Source: Candidatus Heimdallarchaeota archaeon
GTDB lineage: Archaea > Asgardarchaeota > Heimdallarchaeia > JABLTI01
NCBI GenBank assembly: GCA_030614005.1
Contig: JAUWKS010000008.1
Coordinates: 30,001 to 62,000, forward strand
Direction of reading: 5' to 3'
DNA length: 32,000 nucleotides
Shown here: piece by piece, positions 8,915 to 17,393 of the stretch
How the letters are laid out: each line of letters opens with the position of its first letter
Position numbering within the stretch: position 1 is the stretch's first letter
Made by a program: the position numbers and the translations under genes
The notes under the pieces: model-generated
The model's database searches: none
What the model saw: only the letters and a program-made list of their open reading frames with translations
Told to the model about the DNA's origin: nothing

Positions 8915-9784
8915 TTAGATACATGTTGAACATTCACTACCACAATCAGCACAACAATCGCAACAGCTACAACATGAGCTACATGGATTGTTTTTAATAT
9001 AACACAAATCATTACAATTACTTGCACAACAATTGACTTCACAATTATCTCTGTGTTGATCTGGATCTCCGTTTGGCTCGATTAGATAACTAATAGAACC
9101 GAGATTATTTTGTAAATATTTGTTTGATTGGGCTAGTAATTGTTTTTTGCATACTCTATATGGATTTACAGAAGCTTGTGCAAAAAGACTAAGTCCATGA
9201 TAAACTTCAGATGTTTTATAATTCCCATTGTTTTTTTCGGCATTAATTTTTAAGACTTCACTGATTGTTTTAGTTAAATCAAATCTATGCGTTTGATAAT
9301 AATTAATCATTTCAGATTTTTTCCATGTGATAAAGGGATTAAAGTTACCTGTTTTCCTATCTAACTCAATATCTTGTATTGAATCACGCATGGTGATAAG
9401 TGTTCCAAGATTTTGCCCAAGGATTTTCATTTCTGTTGCAATATTTTGATTGCAATCACAAATTGTGGCAGCTGCATTGAAAACTAGACCATAACCATCA
9501 CCACTGCGTCTAAAGTAGGTAATTGGTTCAACAAATTCGTCTGAGTTTTCCCAGAAATGAATTTGTTGTTCAATATTATTTAGCTGCTGCTCAATTCCAA
9601 ATGGATCACGAATTAAAGGTTTAGCAATTGAAACTATTACCTTTGCAACTGATTTAGTCACCATGTCAGTGAAACCAGAAGTAGAATCTTGAATTATATC
9701 ATTCAATTTATTGTAGAAATATCTTCTCCAAACATATTTAGAAAACGTATTTGCTTCTTTCTTACTAGCTCCTAAATTATTCAT
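8915..9784 (-). CDS. DUF5685-like / isoprenoid-synthase-fold-like protein with Cys-rich C-terminal tail; may really start at TTG 9859 with an in-frame TAA at 9827-9829
   Basis: GQNLGTLITMRDSIQDIELDRKTGNFNPF resembles the DUF5685 DAxxDxxxDxxxGxxNP motif; 15 Cys in the last 42 aa. Confidence 0.55.
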   Translation of the reverse strand: MNNLGASKKEANTFSKYVWRRYFYNKLNDIIQDSTSGFTDMVTKSVAKVIVSIAKPLIRDPFGIEQQLNNIEQQIHFWENSDEFVEPITYFRRSGDGYGLVFNAAATICDCNQNIATEMKILGQNLGTLITMRDSIQDIELDRKTGNFNPFITWKKSEMINYYQTHRFDLTKTISEVLKINAEKNNGNYKTSEVYHGLSLFAQASVNPYRVCKKQLLAQSNKYLQNNLGSISYLIEPNGDPDQHRDNCEVNCCASNCNDLCYIKNNPCSSCCSCCDCCADCGSECSTCI

Positions 9785-10015
9785 TATTTGATAAATTCCT
9801 TCACATCTTTGATGTAAAGAACAATTTTACGTTTTAACACCGATAAAGAGACATTCCAATAGTATAACCTCTGATATTTATTTACAAAATTCTTTAAAAA
9901 TTTATTCCAGTAAGAGAATCTAGCTTGATAAGCACAAGATTTCCCAAGTAAACTATTGATTTTACTTCAGATAGTAAATTTCAACACTAATATCCAAATT
10001 TGCTTCTTTTATTTT

Positions 10016-10936
10016 TTAGAGAAGAAAACCAAAACAACCCAATCCAAAGGCAATTAATCCTGCTAAAAAGGATGACAAAAAATTGACATGATCATTTCTA
10101 AACCATTCTTGGCCACGGATTATTTTTGTTGGTTCTTTGCAATGGATTCGTTTTTCTGTACCCTTATTGCACACTTGACATCTGAAAAACCCTTGAATAG
10201 TCGCTCCTAAAAAGCTGTCAATTAATGCACCAACAAAACCAATTATAGCTGTAATTGGAATGAAAAGATAGATTTGCCAAGTAGTAGATGCGGGAATAGG
10301 GTTTTTCCAAAATATTTCAATTAGTAATACCAATAGAGCGACAATAACTGCCCCTAATAATGCTGCTAGAGTTCCTTTAGGAGAAACACCACCAGAAGTT
10401 CCTCGCTCAACTTTCTTAGTTAGATTTAGAATCCAATATGGTTGATCATTTGAAAGAATGCCAATTTCAGTACCCCAAGTATCAGCTGTAACAGTAGCAA
10501 TAGTTGCAATGGAAGCAAAAATGAAAGCATTTGATAAAATAACATTGTCTGTAAAAACGAAAATTAAAAGATGAGCACTAGCAAAAATTAAGCCACCAAG
10601 GCCATTTGCTAATACTTGAGAAGTGTCTCTTTCTCCTCCTTTCTCAAATTTGTCTTGAATGTCCTTTTTATCTTTTTTACGGTATTTTGTTAATAGATTA
10701 CCTGATATGAAGAAAGTAAAAAGAGCAAAATAAAATATTGGATGTATCATCCAATAAACAACACCAAAAAAAGCAGCCATAAAGCAAGCCCAAATTGTTA
10801 GATGACGACGTAATCGAACCCAAATAAAAAGTGGCATATTGATAGCTAATCCAATAGCCAAAGCTATTAACCAACCCCAAATACCAAACCATTCTGTAAA
10901 CCACATTGTCATTATCATTAGGGTTAATCGCTCCAA
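10016..10936 (-). CDS. DUF92 / TMEM19-family membrane protein
   Basis: Multi-TM protein; GGERDTSQVLANG, ADTWGTEIG, GTSGGVSPKGT, DSFLGATIQ motifs; CxxC...HC insert near the C-terminus. Confidence 0.9.
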   Translation of the reverse strand: MERLTLMIMTMWFTEWFGIWGWLIALAIGLAINMPLFIWVRLRRHLTIWACFMAAFFGVVYWMIHPIFYFALFTFFISGNLLTKYRKKDKKDIQDKFEKGGERDTSQVLANGLGGLIFASAHLLIFVFTDNVILSNAFIFASIATIATVTADTWGTEIGILSNDQPYWILNLTKKVERGTSGGVSPKGTLAALLGAVIVALLVLLIEIFWKNPIPASTTWQIYLFIPITAIIGFVGALIDSFLGATIQGFFRCQVCNKGTEKRIHCKEPTKIIRGQEWFRNDHVNFLSSFLAGLIAFGLGCFGFLL

Positions 10937-11259
10937 AATACAAAATAAACTTTAAACACCTCTCAAAACTTACCAATATTCAAAAGGTTTTCTATCTTCA
11001 AGGAGAAAAAAATCTGGCAAAAGAAATACAAAAAGAAATTGAAGTAATTTCGTTCTTTATTTCCATCTGAAAATTTCCTTGGCAAAAAAAGAAATAAAAG
11101 GAAGAAAAAAGAATATTGGAATCTTAGAAAATTTCTAATAATTCAATCCTCAGAATAGACAAAACAACAAGAATTGAAAAAAGCAACACAATTGAAATAA
11201 TAGAAATTATCAACGCTGCTTTATTCATATTATTCTCTTCTTCATATTTCCGTGCAGTA

Positions 11260-11559
11260 ATGAGAATTCCAGAAACACAACATGAAGCAGTATTAAATTA
11301 TGTCAACATTCAAGTTGAATGGTTGAAAAGATTATTGGAAGAATTGAAAGGGGAAATGGACAGTTCGATTGTAGAAACCGCAGCATGTCCTATAGGCAAT
11401 TTATCTGAAACAGTAAAAATCAACGCTGTTTTAGATCAAGTAATAACTGAACAAGTATTGGGTGATTTAAGAGCAAGAATGAGACCAGAAGAATTCGAGA
11501 TAATTATTGCTCATCTTTTGAGAGAAGTACCAGAATTAAACGAAATTATTCAACATTAA
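11260..11559 (+). CDS. Hypothetical helical acidic protein, 8 nt upstream of the small GTPase
   Basis: 99-aa ATG ORF with protein-like amphipathic composition and operon-like spacing; no family recognised. Confidence 0.6.
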   Translation: MRIPETQHEAVLNYVNIQVEWLKRLLEELKGEMDSSIVETAACPIGNLSETVKINAVLDQVITEQVLGDLRARMRPEEFEIIIAHLLREVPELNEIIQH

Positions 11560-11567
11560 ACTGCAGG

Positions 11568-12185
11568 GTGTACCATATGTCAAAAGAAAGAAATCATACA
11601 GAAGATTATTTGCTGTACCTTAAAATAACTAAGGATATATTCAAATTCTGTGTAATAGGCGATGGTGGGGTCGGAAAAACAACCTTTATTAATTTCTTAA
11701 CAACTGGTGAATTAGCTCCCGATTTTGATGTAACACGAACACCTTACATAAATATTGATGGTTGTAAACTCGGTGGACACACCATTCAATTATATGATCT
11801 TGCCGGACAAAGGAGAGTTGATGCTCATCCCTTAGATCACATGCAAAATGTTGTGTTAAAAGGAACAGATGTAATATTATTCTTCTTTTCATTAGATAAT
11901 CTAGAATCGTTTATCAGTATCAAAAAATGGTATGAGGAAGTGAAACTATTCTATAAAAATTGGGAAAATGATAGACCTCTACTATTTCTAATAGGAAATA
12001 AACTAGATTTACCCAGAAATGTTGAAGCTTTCAATGGAGAAGAATTAGTTGAAAGAATGGATGATTTTGAAAGCTATAATGAGATGTCACTATTTTCTGG
12101 TGAAGAAGTTGAAAACTTTTTGAAAGCATTATGCGATAAATTAGATGAACAATTCAAAAATCTTAAAGAAACACATGGTTTGTAG
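11568..12185 (+). CDS. Ras-superfamily (Rab/Ran-like) small GTPase
   Basis: G1 GDGGVGKT, G2 Thr in TRTP, G3 DLAGQ, G4 GNKLD, degenerate G5 EMSL; no CAAX or di-Cys tail. The likely start is ATG 11577. Confidence 0.9.
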   Translation: MYHMSKERNHTEDYLLYLKITKDIFKFCVIGDGGVGKTTFINFLTTGELAPDFDVTRTPYINIDGCKLGGHTIQLYDLAGQRRVDAHPLDHMQNVVLKGTDVILFFFSLDNLESFISIKKWYEEVKLFYKNWENDRPLLFLIGNKLDLPRNVEAFNGEELVERMDDFESYNEMSLFSGEEVENFLKALCDKLDEQFKNLKETHGL

Positions 12186-12287
12186 AGAAATTTTTCTGAG
12201 AAAAATCATTGAAGAATGCTAATAAAATAAGCAAATGACGCTAAACTAGTTTTCCTAATTAGCACATGCTCTAGCAGTTCTATTTTG

Positions 12288-12407
12288 ATGCTTGTAAGTC
12301 CAACTGATGAATATGTTGGAGGAGCTGATGAACTAGGGGGATGGGCTTTTGCTGGTATCCCAGGATTTGGCGGAGTAACTTATTTAACTAAGTATTTTGA
12401 TAAATAG
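12288..12407 (+). CDS. Possible 39-aa Gly-rich small protein or gene remnant
   Basis: Manual translation MLVSPTDEYVGGADELGGWAFAGIPGFGGVTYLTKYFDK*; locally GC-richer than its flanks; no clear SD. Confidence 0.25.
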   Translation: MLVSPTDEYVGGADELGGWAFAGIPGFGGVTYLTKYFDK

Positions 12408-12474
12408 ACCACATTAGGCCTCATAGAGATCAACAAATAAAGGTTATTTCTTATACCCTTACTTTCTCTTTTTT

Positions 12475-13344
12475 TTATTGAATGAATTCTACAACAAGTT
12501 CAGAGATAATATTAGCTCCTTTAGAATTTAAATGGAGATTATCTGTAAATAAACTAAAACCATACTCTATTGATAGAGTATCAAAACTCTTTCTTAAAAG
12601 AAAGTGTTTAGTAGCAATTTCTTCTACTAAACGATGATTTGCCCCATATTTTGGTGTAGAGGGGTTTTGATCTAGAAAGATAATCATTTTTTCATTTACG
12701 GGTAAATACTGAACTTTGAATTTCTCTGCAATTTCCAGTATTAATTTTGAATAACCTATTGTTTGTTTAAATGCAAGTGTAGATTGATCCTCGCCTAATG
12801 GTGGAATAGAACAAAGAGCAATTTTAGCGTCTGTTTTTTGTAGTAACTCTTGAACGATTTTTTCGAGATTTTCACTAAACCATTCTTTACTTGCTTTTCG
12901 TGGTAAATTCAATCTCTTTTCACTTGATTGTTCATTATACAATTCTATTTCGCGATGTGCATCATTTGAGCCTATCATTATTGTTATAATATCAGGTTCG
13001 CAAGCAATAATGCTCTCTATCCTTTTAAGAACGTTGTAAGCAAGTTCAGAATTCATCCCAGCGTTGATATAATCATAATTGTTTGTCCCGAGTTTTTTGG
13101 AAATCATATCAACATAGTTTACACTCATATTTCCATGTGTTAAACTATCTCCAACAAAAACGATTCTTTTTTTAGTCTTTATCGACCCTACATTTTTTTT
13201 CATATAATTATATGGATTCTCTTTAGGGTAATGGTGTATCCGCCACAGTATACTTTGATAATAAATAAAAAATAATGTCCCTAATAGGATTACTATTCCA
13301 AGAACTACTAGCAGTATAATATAAATCGTTTTCATTATGCTCAC
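12475..13344 (-). CDS. SGNH/GDSL-family hydrolase with N-terminal membrane anchor
   Basis: Blocks FVGDSLT, NAGMNS, MIGSND and DNLHLN (catalytic S-G-N-H); hydrophobic N-terminus. Confidence 0.9.
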   Translation of the reverse strand: MSIMKTIYIILLVVLGIVILLGTLFFIYYQSILWRIHHYPKENPYNYMKKNVGSIKTKKRIVFVGDSLTHGNMSVNYVDMISKKLGTNNYDYINAGMNSELAYNVLKRIESIIACEPDIITIMIGSNDAHREIELYNEQSSEKRLNLPRKASKEWFSENLEKIVQELLQKTDAKIALCSIPPLGEDQSTLAFKQTIGYSKLILEIAEKFKVQYLPVNEKMIIFLDQNPSTPKYGANHRLVEEIATKHFLLRKSFDTLSIEYGFSLFTDNLHLNSKGANIISELVVEFIQ

Positions 13345-13364
13345 TCAAGTGATTTATTACTCAG

Positions 13365-15968
13365 CTATTTACTCTTTGAGATATCGTTTTCTATTTTATC
13401 TAATCTCTCTTTGATTTTTCGATTTTCGATTTGTAGCTCTTCTACAGTTTTTTCTATTGATTTTAATTCGCTTCTATCTTTTGTTTTACTTAGGGTTCTT
13501 ATTGCACATTTTGCTGCTCTTTTAAAATGGTGAAAATAAGACATTTTCTCGATCTGATTTAGTTGAGGAATTAGTGATGCATCATCATAGCTATCAATCG
13601 CAGAAATAGTTGCTCGAATTACACGATGAGATTTATCATTTAGTAAAGTTTTTTCTAAAATTGCCTTAATCTCAGGGTGCTCCTTTTTGCATAATTTACC
13701 TACTTTGGCAAGATGAACTATAACTTCACGTCTACAGTAATCACTTTTACCAACCTCAAAATACGGTAGTAGAATGTCAATTGCTTCTTTTTTCTCGGTT
13801 GCAGCAATTCCTGAAAGATATCCTCTTAGAACAATTTCAGTCCAACTAGTTTCTATCTTAGGCAGATGATCAACTAATATTTTCAAAGAATTCTCATGCT
13901 TAATTTTGCCAATAGATGTTGCTGCAGCAGCTTCAACAAAGTAAGAATCACTATTATTTAACATTTCAACTAATGAATTCAAAGCATTTTTTTCTTGGTA
14001 GAAATTTCCTAATGCTGTTGCAACTTTTGTTCGTGCTCTACTATCTTGTATTTTCACAGCATTTAGAAGTCCAAATAAAGCTAACTGCGTTTTTAGATTA
14101 CCTAAAATAGTAGCTATTTCGGCTTGTACGCCCCAAAATTCCTCAGCTAAAATTGCTTTAGATAGGGCATCAACTGCTTTGATAGTTGCTTTTTTACCTA
14201 AGGCTTTTGCTGCACGTATCTTCATTATTACATTTGATCCATTTTTTAACTGATGTATCCACATATCAATTGGTTTTTCGATTTGTGCATCCATCAAAAC
14301 GGCATAATCCGGATCAAGTTCAATCGCAGCAGGTTTGGACTCTACTGGCAAATAGAAGAAGTGAATCTTTTCGGTGATTTCATTAGAATGTCGTTTTTTA
14401 TTTCCATTTTGATCTAAAATCTGAATGGTAAATGGAAATCGGAATACTTCGGGTGTTCCTTCAACATCTTGTGTTTGTTCGATTTTTACAATAACTTGCT
14501 TATCTTCACTATTGTATGAGCATTTTATTTTTACTTCAGGATAACCAGCTTTGTATAACCATTGGTCAAAAAACCAATCATAATTATTGCCCGTGATTAC
14601 CTCAAAAGCTCTTTGAAAATCAACTGTTTCAATTGAAGTATAGGCATGCTGGGTTAAGATATAGCTTAACACTTCCCACCAAATCTTTTCTCCAACAAGA
14701 TGCTTAAGCATATAATATCTCCAAGCTGCTCCGGGATATAAATGAGCATCAAAAACATCCATCCCATACATCCATTTAGTTTGAACAATAGGTCTTCTAT
14801 ACAGATTCTTATCTTCGTTGAAATAGGATTCTTGTTTCCCGAATTGTTCATAGAGATATTCATCTTCCCCCAAATCGAATTTTTTCCATTCATTTTGTAA
14901 TTGAGTTGCTCCACCTTCATTGATCCAACCGTGAGACCATGATTTACAAGTGATTAAATCACCGATCCATTGATGAACTAATTCATGTGCAACAAGACCT
15001 TCAAAAGTAATATCTTTGTGAGCTTTTTCATCATGCATAATAACATCAGTCATTGTAGTAACGCTTGTGTTTTCCATACCTCCAATAATAAAGTTAGAAA
15101 CACATACTTGACCGTATTTTTTCCATGGATATTTTACTCCTAATTTTTCTTCTAAGAAGGCGATCATTTTTGGTGTTTTACCAAAGGTTCGATATACTGT
15201 TTCTTTATCGTGTTTTTTCTCAGCATAATAATAAACATCTAAATCACCTGACTTTTCTTTATAGATTTCATATTTGGCAATGGCTAAAGTGATTAAGTAT
15301 GCAGGAACAGGTTTTTCTTGTTTCCAATGGAATGTTTCTGTTTTATTTTTGTTCTTCTTTTGCGAAAGCAATTCTCCATTTGAGATGGCATAAAATCCTT
15401 CGGGTACTGTAACAATCATTTCAACGGGGAATTTATAGCTTGGATGATCATAAATAGGAATGAGATATCTTGCATAATCATCTTGAAAATGAGTCCAAAA
15501 TTGTTCACCCACTTTTGGGAAGTAACTATTGGGTTTGATAAAATAACCGGCAACTTGAGGTTGATTGACCTTGTAATTAAACATAAGAGTTACTTTTCCC
15601 CCCTCACAGATTTCTTCATTTAAAGTAATGAAAAGTGTATGTTTCTCATGATCATGTTCAAAAAATAATTTGTTTTTGTTCTGATCCTTTATTTCTAATA
15701 TTTCGAGCTCTGCCGCATGTAATTTTACAACCTTAAGATTTGATATTTTTGAGATTATTGATAGTTCATTTTTAGCTGTTATAGTTGATTTTTCAAATTC
15801 CACTTTCCAGGTCATTTTTAAATTCTCTATCAAGAAATGTCTTGGTGGTTGCCACTGATTTTTTGCTTCTGGGAATGTAAAAGCAGATCTCTCCATAGCA
15901 AACGTTTGTTCTGCTTCAGCGAATTGTCCTTTCAATAATGTCTCGAGATAATCATGAAAATCTGTCAT
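13365..15968 (-). CDS. M1-family zinc aminopeptidase with C-terminal HEAT-like repeats and coiled coil
   Basis: GGMEN exopeptidase motif; HELVH...WINEG (HExxH-18-E); HEAT-like repeats such as IRAAKALGK, ARTKVATALG and EAAAATSIGK; C-terminal heptads. Confidence 0.92.
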   Translation of the reverse strand: MTDFHDYLETLLKGQFAEAEQTFAMERSAFTFPEAKNQWQPPRHFLIENLKMTWKVEFEKSTITAKNELSIISKISNLKVVKLHAAELEILEIKDQNKNKLFFEHDHEKHTLFITLNEEICEGGKVTLMFNYKVNQPQVAGYFIKPNSYFPKVGEQFWTHFQDDYARYLIPIYDHPSYKFPVEMIVTVPEGFYAISNGELLSQKKNKNKTETFHWKQEKPVPAYLITLAIAKYEIYKEKSGDLDVYYYAEKKHDKETVYRTFGKTPKMIAFLEEKLGVKYPWKKYGQVCVSNFIIGGMENTSVTTMTDVIMHDEKAHKDITFEGLVAHELVHQWIGDLITCKSWSHGWINEGGATQLQNEWKKFDLGEDEYLYEQFGKQESYFNEDKNLYRRPIVQTKWMYGMDVFDAHLYPGAAWRYYMLKHLVGEKIWWEVLSYILTQHAYTSIETVDFQRAFEVITGNNYDWFFDQWLYKAGYPEVKIKCSYNSEDKQVIVKIEQTQDVEGTPEVFRFPFTIQILDQNGNKKRHSNEITEKIHFFYLPVESKPAAIELDPDYAVLMDAQIEKPIDMWIHQLKNGSNVIMKIRAAKALGKKATIKAVDALSKAILAEEFWGVQAEIATILGNLKTQLALFGLLNAVKIQDSRARTKVATALGNFYQEKNALNSLVEMLNNSDSYFVEAAAATSIGKIKHENSLKILVDHLPKIETSWTEIVLRGYLSGIAATEKKEAIDILLPYFEVGKSDYCRREVIVHLAKVGKLCKKEHPEIKAILEKTLLNDKSHRVIRATISAIDSYDDASLIPQLNQIEKMSYFHHFKRAAKCAIRTLSKTKDRSELKSIEKTVEELQIENRKIKERLDKIENDISKSK

Positions 15969-16077
15969 AATGGGGGTTCCTTTAATTTTATAACTTGTTT
16001 CATTTGGATTTATATCAAGTATAATACACTTTCAACTAAAATAGTTTAGCTTGAAGAAATAATAATTTATTTGAATC

Positions 16078-17172
16078 TTAAATTAATTTTAGCAAATTCA
16101 CTCTTCGTTTGATAGCTCTTAAAAGCATCCAAACACCGATATTTTTCGGTGGTTTAGATATCTCTGATGATTTTCTAGGTACTAATGACAGCGCTTCTTC
16201 TGGGCAGACCATAGCACAGACTCCACAACCGACACACCTTTCACTAACAGTAGATATGCCATCAATTATTTCTAAAGCATTAAATTGACATCTATCAATA
16301 CAAAGTCCACAACCAGTACACAATTCATCTTCGATTTGCAAAACGTAATCAGATTTAACAAAAGCATTTGGTTGATCATATTTAATCAATGTACTAAGTA
16401 TCCCACAACAACAAGTACAACAATTGCAGATATAGTCATGCCCTTCTCGAACATTCATTGTAGAGTGAATTAATCCTGCTTCTTCTGCTGTTTTTAAAAC
16501 TTGAAGAGCTTCTTCTTGAGAGATTGCTTTTGTTCTATGACTTTCCTCGTAACTATTTTCTTTAGAGGAGAACAACAAACATACACTCTTAGGGTAAGAG
16601 CATGGATTACCGATTAATTCTTGTTGAATTCGGCAGATGCAGTCTCTAACGCCCCAACTTTTAGCACCCATAATTAGTTTTTCAGCTTCATTTCTAGAAT
16701 GAATGACCAATTCAGTTTTTATCACACTTTTTACAGGAATTATTTTTTGTATTGGAGGACTTTCGGTGAAAAGAATGTCTCCTCGACTTTTTACAAAATA
16801 TTCTTCCATTAAAGAAGCAAATTCAGGATTTATACGGTGTATTTGATTTTCATATATTCCTACAGCAAATGGCAACAAGCCATATTTTTTCCCTCTTCTA
16901 GAACTCCTTATGTAAATTTGCCCCTTACTCTTCATCACTTTCATTTTTTCTTCTAATATTTCAATCGGAATTTTCATACGGCGAGACATACGTTTTAAAC
17001 GTTCAGCAATGAGTTTCATATTGCTAGCTATTTCGGCTTCTTCAGGAGTAAAAATCCATGCAAGAAGACGTAAGTGAGTCCCATCTGCAATAGGAGCAAA
17101 TCCATTTGGTATTCTATTCAGAGTTTTTGCTAATTTCTCGTAAGATGAAAAATTTTTACTGATTGAAGTCAA
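16078..17172 (-). CDS. Fe-S protein: N-terminal helical/wHTH-like region, CNCCxCCC motif and C-terminal 2x[4Fe-4S] ferredoxin domain
   Basis: CICR...C...C, YICNCCTCCCG, CTGCGLCIDRC and CVGCGVCAMVCP. Confidence 0.8.
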   Translation of the reverse strand: MTSISKNFSSYEKLAKTLNRIPNGFAPIADGTHLRLLAWIFTPEEAEIASNMKLIAERLKRMSRRMKIPIEILEEKMKVMKSKGQIYIRSSRRGKKYGLLPFAVGIYENQIHRINPEFASLMEEYFVKSRGDILFTESPPIQKIIPVKSVIKTELVIHSRNEAEKLIMGAKSWGVRDCICRIQQELIGNPCSYPKSVCLLFSSKENSYEESHRTKAISQEEALQVLKTAEEAGLIHSTMNVREGHDYICNCCTCCCGILSTLIKYDQPNAFVKSDYVLQIEDELCTGCGLCIDRCQFNALEIIDGISTVSERCVGCGVCAMVCPEEALSLVPRKSSEISKPPKNIGVWMLLRAIKRRVNLLKLI

Positions 17173-17393
17173 AAGTGCATCCTCTAGTATTCACTTGTTG
17201 GATTTGATAAGATATAAATCGCGTTATTTAAAAAATCAATCGAGTTTACTCAAAGTTAAGCAACGAAATAGTCAAATTGATGTAGAAAAATATACTATAA
17301 AATCTAAAAAGATCTTTCTATTTTCAACTTGTTTGTCCTAAAGTTAATTAAGGAAAAGTAGAAATTAATATAAAACTAACATTACGAGCTGTT

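Noticed and set aside
8857-9042. 61-aa minus-strand ORF rich in Val/Ala/His
   Set aside because: Alternative frame of the Cys-rich tail; its periodicity comes from TGT/TGC codons read out of frame.
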